From Harriotta raleighana (Eukaryota), in contig JBNZDD010013706.1 in the NCBI GenBank assembly GCA_050575255.1, positions 2,906,620 to 2,970,619 on the forward strand: a stretch of 64,000 nucleotides of DNA, in the 5' to 3' direction. Position numbers and translations under genes: made by a program. The stretch's first letter is position 1, and each line of letters opens with the position of its first letter. Positions 38,881 through 51,519 of this stretch are shown one piece after another. Below the pieces are notes generated by a model. It ran no database searches. It saw only the letters and a list, made by a program, of their open reading frames with translations, and was not told the origin of the DNA.

Positions 38881-40319
38881 AGCAATAGTAATAATAGTAA
38901 TCTATGTAGTTGATATAGCACCTTATCATGTTGTTGAGATGTCTCAAATCGTTTCACAGGATACACGTGCAATTGTGTGTATTTTGTGAGCAAACCCGGC
39001 TGCCAATTTGCATACAGCATCATCCCACAAACAGCCATAGAGCTAGTGACAACACAACGCTGGCTCAGCCCTACAAACTTGGATTCTTTTGAGAAAGAAG
39101 GGAATTATTGATACGTTGCGTGGCTAAAGTTTGTAAGAGTGGGTTCAGATAACTGCCTCGAACCGACAGACAGAAATTTCCTGCAAAAGAAAAAAAAGGC
39201 AAGACACATCCCACCAACGAGGAGGCGGACAGTTTAATTACCTTGAACAGTTTAAGTGCTCCCTCATGGTGTAACAATGCTGTTGCTATTTCAAGGAAAT
39301 TTGGGAGTGTTTCTCCTGGGTACACTCCACTTCTCGACTCAAATTAACCCCTAAATTCAACTTACAACAGAGCCCCGCATCGATGAATCGCAAGTTCCCC
39401 AACTATACAAGGTTTGATTCCCATAGCAATGTTTACCACGCAGTGAGTTGGCTGATTTGTTCACTATCACAAGAAGATGGCCAACTTCTGGGTCACCACC
39501 AATGTCACTACCTGTTTGCTGTTCATGGACTCAGCAGCATCTCTAATAACACATGGTACCACTGCATCAAAACTGAGCACTGTATGCTCAGTCGTTAGAG
39601 CACTCGCCTTGCAAGCAAGAGACCTGGGTTCAATTCTAGGCGGCTCAGGGCAAAACCTTGCATGCCATGAGCGCTCGCAAGGAAAATCTATCTGGTTATT
39701 TACCAACCGGTACGTACTGTAGCTATTTATAAAAAGTGGTCTGGGTCTTTGGGAATAATAATGACAACAAACAAATTTCCTTTACACAAGATTCACGGCC
39801 GAGACCTCTCGACTGTGAAGGTGCCTTGCCTGAAAAATATATCTGAAACATTTGTGTTTCTCCCCGGCCCAAAGATAAACCTGAAGGGTGAAATACAAGA
39901 AGGAAATCACTGCTATTGTCGGTGAGAGAGTGAGAGAAAGAGCAAGACTCAGAGATAATTATTTTCGCTCTCTGCTTAAGCATCTGCTTACTCTTAAACA
40001 CACCATAAGCCAAACTGAGAATTCTGTGCATCCCACCTACACAATTCCCAAGATGGATTGCTGGAAATTCCAGAGAAGGATTGTTGGAATGGAATGAGCA
40101 CTCTCTCACTGGAGAGACTCATCCTGTTGACCTAATTCTGGAAAGTATTAGGCACAATTTGGCAAGAGCCAAGAGCCAGAGTTGGGGTACTGCTGGAATC
40201 TAAGCAGCTAAAAGCGCATAGCTTGCCACTGTCTCGCAAGCTTTCCAGCCACTTGTCCAGCTAGAACTGATTCCCTGGCCAGACTAGCTGTGCTTTCATC
40301 AGCAGTGAGAGAGGAAACA

Positions 40320-40400
40320 AATGGAGACAGAGAGAGAGAGAGAGAGCAAGAACACATAGGCTATGTGTTCTTGCTCTCTCTCTCTCTCTCTGTCCCCATT
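40320..40400. repeat. 81-nt near-perfect palindrome (40-bp arms, 1-nt spacer, 1 mismatch)
   Basis: aatggagacagagagagagagagagagcaagaacacatag-g-ctatgtgttcttgctctctctctctctctctgtccccatt. Confidence 0.95.
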
Positions 40401-41221
40401 ACGATTTATGTGTTTTGTTCTGAAGAGCAGGGCAGTCAAAGCCCATTGGATGTTGTGCATTTGATAAGAGGCGGAAAAAAAAGGTTTGCAAGCATTTCAT
40501 TGCAAAAAAAATTGGGGGTTTGGGGGGGATGGGGGCGAAGGAATAGGAATGGCCCCTTTCACAATCAATTCTAGAACTCATGAACATCGCAAGGGAATTG
40601 TAGTTTGCTCCGGCAGAGGAAGAGAAAGCACAGGTTGTTCTGTGAATGTATTGCAATCTCTGCACTCTGCTGCTCTGAGCAAAAAATGTCTAATTCCGCA
40701 TCATCAATATTCCGCACACGTGATCTATCTTCACGCCCAAGGTATGATTCCTCCCCCACTACCACACGCCACTCACCTCCTCCCCTGCAGAACAATATTT
40801 AACAGATTAGATTCTACCTCGTGGGTCTCCTAAAATAACTCAATACATGCACCCACGTCATGTTGATGTCAAGAGGAGCTAAAAATAGTAAGCTGCTTTC
40901 TTGCAGTTAATGATTTGGTTGCAAATAAGAAAGCTGGCCACACTTCAGTGTTGCTCAAGCATATTTCTCACCTGAGGATCAGGGTCTCGGCAACATTTAC
41001 CTCAGCTTTTTATAATGAAAGTCCCAGCACACGAAACAAAGCGGCTGTTTTGTCCAGGGAATAGGAGGGATGCAGGAGAGGGATAGAGTATACTGTACTT
41101 GTTTTATTTTTTATTATTTTAAATATATTTTAGAGTATATTCCGTGAAGCGTTTTAAGATGTCTCAACAATGTGGAGAAATATGAGGTGTTGCATTTTGG
41201 GAGGAAGAATGAGGAGAAGCA

Positions 41222-41525
41222 ATATAATAATAATCTTTACATTTGATATAACGCTTTTTACATCTTCTAGACATCTCAAAGGGCTTCACCGAATATACTG
41301 TAAAGTGAATTGACTCTATATTTGTGGGCGAAACGCCGCATCCAGTTGTGCACTGCAGTGTCCTACAAACAGTCGTGGATTGAAACGACTAATTTATTAT
41401 TATTTTATTCAGGGATTCTTATTAAGATGGTGGAGTAAGGAAACTTACCTAAGATTTTGCCCTGGCTGGATTCGAACACAGGTCTCACGTTTGTAAGGCG
41501 AGTGCTCTAACCACTGAGCTACAGC
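41222..41525 (-). mobile_element. tRNA-derived SINE, full length
   Basis: Reverse complement of the family consensus, including ggattcgaac (box B) and gctctaaccactgagctac (box A). Confidence 0.85.
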
Positions 41526-41589
41526 ACTGCATATACGCTAGTAAGTAAAAGCATAAGGTGCGCGAAGGAACAGAGAGAACTGGGCATTC

Positions 41590-41925
41590 ATGTAAGTAAA
41601 TCTTTGAAGGTGGCAGGAAGATAGATAAGGCTGTTAAAAAAGCATCATTTAGAGTATCGTGTTCAATTCTGAGCACCACTTTAGGAAGGATGTTAAGGCA
41701 TTAGAAAGGGTGCAGAGGAGATTTACCAGGATGGTATCAGGAATGAGGGACTTCAGTTAAGAGAAAAGGCTATGGAGGCTAGGATTATTCTCATTGGAGT
41801 AGAGAAGATTACGAGGAGATCTAATAGAGGTTTTCAAAATCATGAGGGGATTCGATAGGATAAACAGGGAAAAACTATTTCCACTGGATCCGAGGTACAG
41901 ATTTAAAATAGTTTTCAAAAGAAGC
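41590..41925 (+). mobile_element. CR1 LINE ORF2 3' fragment
   Basis: gcattagaaagggtgcagaggagatttaccaggatggta ([13 protein letters not shown]), the reverse complement of ~7960-8170. Confidence 0.85.
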
Positions 41926-43302
41926 AGAGGGGGGGTGAGGAGTATAGGAGGGGATAGAAAGGAGATACAGTGTTACAGGAGAATGATCACCTATCCTCCT
42001 CATTGCCTCACCATCAGCTGATCTGGAGCTATTTTGCGGATCACTTCTCCACAGGGAAGGGGGTAGGCTTAAAGTGAAGGGTGCCCTCGTATAACACATG
42101 TTAGATCTCCACAAGATTGCGAGGTGTGATAGTGAGTTTGACTGCATGTGTTCACTATCTATGACTAGTCACACTGGCAGGTTCCTATGCTGATAGAAAA
42201 CATGACCTTTCATAGGGTCACCTCAACATCACTTCCTGTTTGTTGGCACAAGTGACGTTAGTGCTGCCCTGGTGATAGTTTTGTCATTTTCTACATTGTA
42301 AGTATATAGCAAAGCAGGAAATTACATCAATGGTGATCTGATGTTCTGCAAATCAGCCATTTTGAAACTGTAAACGGGATCCATAGTACAACAACATTAT
42401 AAGCGCATTTATACTGTAATCAATCATTATAATGGGGCTATGGAGTAATAACAATCCCCATAATGTCAAAACTACTCCAAGCAAGACAAGTGTAATGATA
42501 TAACTGTAAGCAATGGCAGCAATCAATCAGCACAGCAACAACACACAAGATCAATGACTAACTTTTATTTGGGGGGTTGATGGCCAGGAAAATGGGAGAG
42601 AGAAACTCCTTTCGCTTTTCAAGCACAGTAATGCTATGGGATCTTCAATGCTCAAGTGGGATCTTTGAGCTCACACTCCCCCATTGTGAGGCTTCAACCC
42701 ACAACCTTCTAACCTTCTACAGGGACATCCTCCCGACGTGAAAGGCGCTCTATAAATGTAATTTTTGTTGTTGTTGTTGTTCTAGTCCCGAGGTTGCCAT
42801 TGGCTATAATGCAATGGACGCCTGTGAATACAGGATGGTGCATTACGGGAAATACAACAATAATAAGAATAATCCTTCCATTTGACTTATCATGTCATTG
42901 AGACCTCACCATGTCATTGAGACCTTATCACATCGCATGCCATTTCATGTAATTGAGACGCCTGAAGGTTTCACAGAATACACTGTTGAGTGGATTGACT
43001 GTATTTTTAGGGCGAAATGCGACTGCTAATTACACACAGCAGTGTCCCACAACAGTCATGGATTTGAGTGACTACATTCATTCATTCGTCCGTCCGTTAT
43101 TTGAAGGGATTATTACCCCCTGGAAAGCAACTTCCAATAGACTAACAACCAGGTTCCTACTTATTGCTAAGTAAAAAGAGACATGTTGAGTAAGGAAACT
43201 TATCTAAGGTTTTGCCTGCTTGGGAATAAAACCTGGGTCCTCTCGCTTGCTGGGCAAGTGCTCTAAGCAATATATTAATAAAATCAATCAAAATTACATT
43301 TA

Positions 43303-43675
43303 CAGTAAAAGCCCGTTTATCTGTGACTCGATCAACCGGATTGCTCGACCCCCTCCCGGGGCAATTCCCCATTCCAGCCATCGCGAGTTTGCTCACTTTG
43401 CCTTTGCCATGAGCAGTTATTAAACTTACGAACTTGGGATTTTTACCAATCGGTAAAAAATACTTTTTTACCAATCTTTTTCCCGACTGTGCTGGAATGC
43501 TTTATTGGTGAGTATCCACACAATATTCTGTTACTATTTAGTCTATTATTAACATGGTATGTTTTAAAATAAGTTAATTTTTTATGTTAGGTTTTCGGCA
43601 ACTTGCCTCCCGTTTATCCGGCACCGTCAATTAGTCGACCCCCACCGAGGGTGCCGGATAAACGGGGTTTTACTG
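43303..43675. mobile_element. Tigger/pogo-like non-autonomous DNA transposon (MITE), 373 bp
   Basis: TIRs CAGTAAAAGCCCGTTTATC and GATAAACGGGGTTTTACTG, TA target-site duplication on both sides, internal 17-bp perfect inverted repeat at 43609-43625 / 43650-43666. Confidence 0.9.
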
Positions 43676-44265
43676 TATAGAGCTCCTTTCACGTTGGAAG
43701 GACGTCCCAAGCAATCAGCTCAGGACCCGAGCGGCGGGGGTGGAGGGGGGGCGGTGGAAGGGTCGGAGTGGGGGGAAGGAGAATAGGAGAGAGGGAAGAG
43801 ATAGGAGGGGAGCCGAAGACACGATCGAAAAACCATGTGGGCCAGAGTGGCCAGATTGAGCGCATCTTGGTTCTAGAGGCTCTGCATTTCCTCTGTGTAA
43901 CTGTGTTTTGCCAGTAAAGTTCACTGTAATGGCAGTTTTGACCACACATAGTTGACGGTGGCTAAGTGGATCTGCGCTGTCGTTGTAACAGGTCTGCACA
44001 AAATAGCATACCTGTGTGAGATACAGCACTGAGAATGGCAATACTCCAAAGAAGGGTAGAGATATGAGTGTAGCCAGAGGCAGCAGGGAATTTGCAAACA
44101 GCAATGCCCCACAAACAGCCATCAAGTAAACGGTCAATTTTAATACTGCAGCTCGAGTCCCACTCCCCATCCACTGTGATCAACAGCAACACCAAATTTC
44201 TGCTCCAGAAAAATCCCAAAGTTCTAGCTCTGTCAATCCTTTAACATCCTGCTTTTTCAGGAAGA

Positions 44266-44688
44266 TAATAATAATAATCCCTGCATTTGATACAGCAATT
44301 TCACGCCTTCTAGATACCTCAAAGCGCTTCACAGAATACACTATAAATTGAATTGACTGTATCTTTACGTATAAATACACAGACAATTCACTTACAGTGT
44401 ATTCTGTGATGAGCTTTGATACATCTAGAAGACGTGAAAAGCGCTATATCAAATGCAAGGATTATTATTTATTATTATATATATTTGTGGGTGAAATGTG
44501 GCAGCCATTTGTGCACAGCGGTGTCCCACAAACAGTGGTGGATTGAAATAAGTAATTTTTTTTCAAGAGACTATTATCATACGAGTGGAATAAGAAAATT
44601 TGCCCAAGGTTTTGCCCTGCCAGGAATCGAACTCGGGTCTCTAGTTTACAAGATGAATGTGCTATAACCACTGAGCTACAGGACTCCA
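44266..44688 (-). mobile_element. tRNA-derived SINE split by an inverted SINE 3' piece (~44372-44476)
   Basis: Order is minus tail, plus tail, then minus body and head ending gctacaggactcc. Confidence 0.75.
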
Positions 44689-45019
44689 CAACTGATCATT
44701 AACATCTTGGCTGGAGCTCTGATGGATTGTGAAGTGGAGATTGTTGGGCATCCAGGCGGTATTATAACTGCACTTTGCCATGTATGCCAGGCGTGTGCAC
44801 AAGGATGTTAAAGATCTGGGTATTAAAAACTGGAAACAGGCTTGAAGGACTGAATAGTCTACTCCTGTTGCTGTGTTCCTACCCCATGATGTGATTCAAG
44901 AGGAGAACGGAGAGTGAGTTTCTCTCTCCTCGAGTTACGGCCAATAATCCTCCAATTAAAAAATTGGTGATGTTTGTGGGACATCACTGTGCACAAATTG
45001 GCTGCAGAATACAGTTCCC

Positions 45020-45706
45020 TACCAACCTGCCTTCCCTCCGTTCAGCAGGCTCCAGTCTACTTCATTTCTCCTGCCCGACCCATCCTACCATCGGTGGCCA
45101 GGCTTTCAGCCTCCCTGCCCCCACACTCTGGAACTCCATCCCACAGACCCATCACCTCGCTTCCTCTAACAACAACTTTGATTTATATAGTGCCCTCTAC
45201 GCTGGGCGGCGTCTCAGAGCGCTTCACAATACCGGATCCCGGGACTGAGCCAGGGGCAAGGGTAGAAAACTGTGGTCGAAGAGAAAGGTCTTTACCTGGA
45301 ACCTGAAACTGGGAAGAGAGGGGGCAAGGCGAAGGGAGTTCTGGAGCTAGGGGCATAGTGGCTGAAGGCATGGCCACCGAGGGTGGAGCGGAAGATTCGG
45401 GGGACATGGAGGAGGCCAAACCCGGTGGAGCGAAGGCAACGGGTACTGGTTTGAGGATAGAGGAGTCAGAGAGGTAGGAGAGTTCAGAGGAGTGGAGGGA
45501 TTTGAAGACAAACGTGAGGTTCCTCCCTTGCCTCCTTCAAGGCCGGTCTCAAGACCCTCCTTTTCAATTTTGTGTTCTGCTGCCCTGCATAACTCTCTCC
45601 CTCCCCTCTCCCCTACTCCCATATGCTCAATCCCGACCCCTGACTGTTTGGCGCCTTGGAACTTCCTCCCGACCTGAAAGACCCTCTATAAATGTTGTTG
45701 TTGTTG
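45020..45706. mobile_element. Nested L2 elements: minus-strand copy (~45167-45519) inside a plus-strand copy
   Basis: The plus L2 is interrupted after ttcctc (45161-45166) and resumes with ttcctc (45520-45525). Both copies have recognisable tails. Confidence 0.8.
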
Positions 45707-47659
45707 TACAGTTACTACACTTTGCAGAATATGCCATGAAATACTTTGAGACATCCTCTGGGTGTGAAAGGCACTACCTTATAACAAATGTAAGGATTAA
45801 TATTATTGATGGGAAAGTCCACTCGCAATTGCTACCATGCAGTGACATCAAAGTGCTGAGCCTCAGACTGGAAATTAGACCTAATTTGTAATAATAATAG
45901 CATTAATAATCCTTGCATTTCATATAGTGCCTTATCAAGTTCTTAGGGTTCAAAACACTTCACAGAATATACTGTAAAGTGAATTGACTGTGCATTTTGC
46001 AGGCCGAGATTAGAGCAGTTTTCCAAATTATGCTAAAATCCCCTAAAATCCTGTCCCTCCAGCTTGTGTCCAACTTTGTTTGCTCAGATAACACAGATCA
46101 ACTCCTGCCACGCAATCCAATAAACTTAACAGTTTCTCATCAAATAAGCTAACCCAAGCTCAATAAAGCATTTAAAAATAGACTCATTTATACAGTTCCC
46201 GTCCAAATTAAGAAGGGATTTGGAATGTGCTTCACTGATGCAGATGTTTTGAGTCACATTAAAAATAGCCATCCTCAGGCATAGATGAGACATTAAACCG
46301 AGGTCCCATCTGCCCGTTCCGAAGTACGTTGAAGATCCTATGTCATAACTCAATAAGCGAAGTGAGTTTCTCTCTCCCGCTGTCCTGGCCCAAACCTCCC
46401 CAAATAAAATTGCCATTCATTCCATGGCTGTTTGCAGAACATTGGTGTGCAAATTGGCTGCCAATTTTATCGACTCCCAGTCACTACATTTTACAGAAGT
46501 GCTTTGAGACGGCTCGACAACATGATAAGGCACATCAGGGGCATGTCATAAAGCACTTCAAAGGATTTACTGTAAAATGAAGTGAAGTGATGGTGATATG
46601 TGGCCAATATTTGATTCCCATTCATTGAAAATACAACAGAAGAGATCAATGAGAGAAAAACAATCACTTGCAGTTACATAACGATCTTCACGTAAAATAA
46701 TGTCTGATAATGTCAAAAACATGGTTGAGAGCAAGGGAGAAGAGAGAGGAAGAGGAGTTAAAAGGGAAGGTTTTGAAGCAGGACATAAAGACATATAGAG
46801 AATGGAGTGGCGAGATAGAGGGGTAAATAGGGGGCAAGACGGAGGGGTAGAGAGGTAGGTGAGATGGCAAGGCAGTGAGGGAGAAAGGGAGTTGCAGAGG
46901 TAAGGGTCAAATAATCTGAACAATATAGACACTTGACCATAGAAGGACTGGAAACATCCCATTTCCCAATAACACTGAGTTCAGCTGCAATTCCATTGTG
47001 AGGCTTGATGGACAGCAACACTGCAGTAAGAGCGAGAACGCACTCACATATACACACACACACCATCACTTGCTGGCACCAGACTTTCCCACTCTTGATA
47101 GCAAGTTGACGTCATTGATGAGCAATGCACTTGGAGGAGGGCTACGTGAATTGCTAAGCTCCCCAGACTTTACAAGTTCAACAAGCGTTTTTTATCTTGA
47201 TGGCTTAAGCAGAGAGAGGAGTTGAGTCAGCCTCACTGATAGCCCTGCTTAAAGTGCTTAAAGCAACCCGGGTCAGTGCTACTTTTCCATTCTCAAATTG
47301 TCCTAATGACTTTGAGACTATTACAAGCAGGAAAAATGACTCAAAAAGTAGTGAGGGGGTCTAGTCTAATCCAGTCTCCCCTTAGAGACATACTTTGGTC
47401 ATTAAAACCATTTCCTTCCTAAATATCCTTGTTCCTGCAGAAACAAATCTTGAGCTATCTTTATCCAAAACTCTGCTGCCTGCATCCTCACCCCCCACCA
47501 TCAAGCTGTGCACACCCATCACACCAGTCCTTAGCTACCTCGGTCTTGGCAAATGTCCCCCCTCTCTCCAGGCCACCATTAGTAGCTAAGTTTTCACATT
47601 TTATTCCCCTGATCTCTGGAATTCACTCCCTTTATCCCTCCGCGTTGCCCGGCCATTTG

Positions 47660-48341
47660 TCGTTAAGCACTCTGAGAAACCATCAACCACTACTCCCTCC
47701 CTATTTCCCCAACACACTCCGACCTCTACCCATTCCTCCTTACACATTTTCAAATCTATCTCCCCACTCCTCTCTCCTCACTACCATGAAATATATCACC
47801 TGCTCCCTTGATCTCTTCCCCACTGCTCCCCTTACCTCCCAACTCTATCTCCTCGCCCTCTATTTTCCGACACCATCCATCTCTCCCATTCATCTGGCAC
47901 CGTTCCCATACCCCCTAAAACAGCAATAATCACCCCCATCCTGAAGAAACCTTCCCAAGACGCATCTCTACTTTCCAGCTGCCGGCCCATCTCCAACCTT
48001 CCTTTTCTCTCCCAGGTCCTTGAAAGAATTATTGCTTCCCAGTTTCACTCATTCCTCTCATCCCACTCCCTCCATGAGCCCCTTCAATCAGGTTTCCATG
48101 CTGCTCACACACAGCAGGGAACCAGCTCTGGTCAAGGTCAAATCCTGTACATCTGTGACCAGGGCTCTGTCCTTCCTCCTTGTTCCCCTCAACCTCTCTG
48201 CTGCCTTTGACACTGTGGACCATTCAATCCTCCTCCACTGCCTCTCCTCTCACCTAAATCTGACCCCAGACTGTTTAGCACCCTGGGACGTCCTCCCAAC
48301 GTGAAAGGCGCTCTACAAATGTAAATTTTTTATTGTTGTTG
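47660..48341 (+). mobile_element. L2-clade LINE ORF2 fragment joined directly to a 3' tail
   Basis: PISNLPFLSQVLERII and LNLSAAFDTVDHSILL motifs, then gggacgtcctcccaacgtgaaaggcgctctacaaatgtaa...ttgttgttg. Confidence 0.8.
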
Positions 48342-51300
48342 AAATCCTACCTAAAATGCTGTACCGAGAATTGGATACAATTCTCTATATGAGGCCAAAC
48401 CAGTGATTTATGAAATTTAGCATAACTTCCTTGCTTCTGTATTCTATTGCCTCTATTCATCAACCCATTTATCTATACATAAATAAGCCACACATATAAT
48501 ATTAAATACCATGTATTCTGCACCAAAGTGCAGCGGTACGTGGACCTTTGTGATCATATCCATGTGAGGACAAGACCTAATTGTAATGATTGAAACATGG
48601 ATTAATTCAGCAGCCTGACCCCATGCCACAATGTAGCTAGACTTTTCTCTAAGTATTTGTTATTCTAAGAGATTACTTTACACAGAAAGCGCATGTGGAG
48701 CTCACCCCCAGGCTCAGTATTCCAGGAGACTGCATTAAAACTCAGCCGCTAGTTTAAACTAGACATGATTGTGATTCTGGTTTCCATCAATAATTATTTT
48801 GAATCCACATCCACACGTCGCTTCCCCCACTACCCCATTCCCCCCACCCAAACTGGAGAGGGTTTTCTGGAATCCCAGAACCCCGGCTCTCTCAGCTCTG
48901 GTGGTCGTTAAAGATTCCACGGCACTTTTCAAAGAGAAAAGGGAGTTTCTCTCTCCTGGTGTCCTGGCCAACAATGCCCCCCAAAAAACATCACTCACTT
49001 CAGGGTTCTCTATGGGATGTTGCTGTGTGCATTTTGGCTGTGGTATTCATCTAGAAAATACTTTACAGTAATCCATTTAAGACGTGCTTCCAACATGAAA
49101 AGCACCACATTCGATGTAAGGAATATTATGATGTACATTGGCAACATTTATACTTTCATTTGCGTGATTGCCCAAGCTCTGGATACATCTAGTACACAGA
49201 AGATATAGAGGCAAATGAATCATTTCATTCATTAAGCAATCACACAAACAGCACTTGGCACAAAGTGTTCTATCCCATTGCGTCTCCTGCTTAAAAACTG
49301 CACCAATATGTTATTGCAGCAATCGACTTCCCAAACCGTCCACTCCGCAAATCATTCATTCCTCCCGCTGACAGGTGAATGGTAAAATTCTTATATTTGA
49401 TTACAGGACCTATAATGTCGCTAAGCTCTTTGGGGGTAATTACTGCTAAGTGCAGTGACTATGTTTTTCGGCAGATGTGACGGCCAATTTGTTCACAGCA
49501 ATATCTAACGAGTAGCCAGAAGGTGAATTAACAATTTTATCTGAGGGATATTTGGCCAGAACACAGGCAGAAAGTTCCATCTTCCATCTTCTCTGAAGAA
49601 TGTTACTGCTGACAATGCAGCACTGGGGTGGCCAGAGCGCTCTGAGACGCAGTCCGGCATAGAGGGCGCTATATAAATCAAAGTTGTTGTTGTTGCTGTC
49701 TAGCTGTCAATGACTGAAAATCATCCTCAACTTCTGATTCAAAGGTGAGAGTCCCACCAAAGCCTTGATGTGCTGAAAGTAAACATGATGTAGTTGCCGG
49801 TAAGGATGTCTGTCTGAACAACATAGCATAAGAATAAGTAATGAACAACTGTACATGATTTGTTCAGCACCTAAGGTCTGAGCTAGAATGAATAAAATAA
49901 TCATTCTCGAATTTGATATATGTAGTTGAGTTGTCAGAAGCGTCAATGAGTGCAGGGTTTTTTACTGACGCCCTGTCAAAAACTGCTCGCGCTGCACTTT
50001 GCCTAACTCACTACATCTCAGAGCTGTCCATTGCCCAACGCTCTGACAAACAATTCACAAACTGTGTACCGTGCTGTGAAGTGTACAGCTCACAAGTCAC
50101 TGCTGAAGGAGGGCAAAAAGCCACGAGAGTAAAAGGAGAGAGCTCTGTCTCGGATCAGTAAACGTCACGACTGAGCCAGGAGCAGCAATAATCAAACCAG
50201 GGTTCTTCAGCCGTGAAAACAGATGGCTCAGAAGGAACCTTTTAGAGGCTTATAGGATTTTTGAGAAAATAAACTCAGAACAATAGTTCCGGATGTACTA
50301 AGGCAACAGAACAAGAGGACCACAGGGTGGCAAAGGGCAATTTCAATTTCAAGGCAGAGGAAGTATTCCTTTACCCACAGCAGAACTAATGACTGGGATA
50401 CATGGTCAAGAAGTATGGTTGTGGGCCAGAACAGTGAACATATTTAATAATAAGATAATAATAATCAAGCTTGCATTTGATACAGTGTCCCATCACAACT
50501 TCAAAACGTCTCAAAGCACTTACTGTAAAGTGACTACATTTTGTGGGCGAAACGTGGCAGGCAGTGTCCCACAAACAATCGTGGATTGAGTGACCAAATT
50601 ATTATTATTATACAATAACAATAATAAAATTACATTCTTAGAGCACCTTAGAGCACCTTTCAATTTGGGAGGATGTCCCAAAGCGCAAAAATTTATATTT
50701 AAGAACTAGCTCGATGCTGTAAAGAAAGAATGTGATCAAATTGGCTAAAGGGCCTTCTTCATCCGAACTAATCTTCTGATCCCAAGAAGAACACTGTGCG
50801 ATCATATCCATTTCTCCAGGTGATTTTCCCAAATCTTTCTTTTTCATTAACTGATCATCACTATGTTCTTATAGCAGGAAGTGTTGGTCAAACACAGATT
50901 GGATAGTTTTGATATAGCACTTGGTTAGTTTGGGACATATGGGCGTTCAAGCACCAGGAAGGTGGAAGGTGAACTAGATTGACTGTAGTCTTTTTTCATC
51001 TAGCATCTCTTAAGTTCTTATGTACTTAGTATTCAGCGCTCCAATCCGCAACCTCGCATGAAGGATGCTATATAAATGCGAGTTGTTGTTGTTGTTATGT
51101 TGAGCCAGTGTCTTAGAACGCTTAAAAGAGGGCGAGGCAAGTCTCAGTTGCAATTTTACAATTGAAATGCAAAGTTTGTTTCATGTATGGATATCACATA
51201 TAGACAATTACCGTACAGAAGGAGGCCATTCGGCCTGGCGTGTCAGTGCTGGTTCTTTGACTAATTCATTCAGTTCCATTTACCTGCATTCTTGGGAGCC

Positions 51301-51519
51301 CAATTAATAGCACTTGCAATCTCTATGAAAAGACTTATCAGTATCAGACAAGGTAGGTTTTAGCTGGTTAATCCCCAGCAGTACCCCAAAGCACACTGTG
51401 TGGTCCTCAAGCCTTGGCTCTAGCCAATCCGCACCTAAATTTTAGATGAGTGCGTCACCCTGAGGAGAGAGTGAGCATGTATAGGTGACACACAAATTGG
51501 GAACTCTCAGTCTCGACTT

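Noticed and set aside
40972-40996. ATG plus donor as an alternative coding first exon (25 nt plus the 8-nt candidate microexon would be in frame with exon 2)
   Set aside because: It contains an in-frame TGA (ATG TTG CCG AGA CCC TGA), so it cannot encode an N-terminus unless there is a sequence error.
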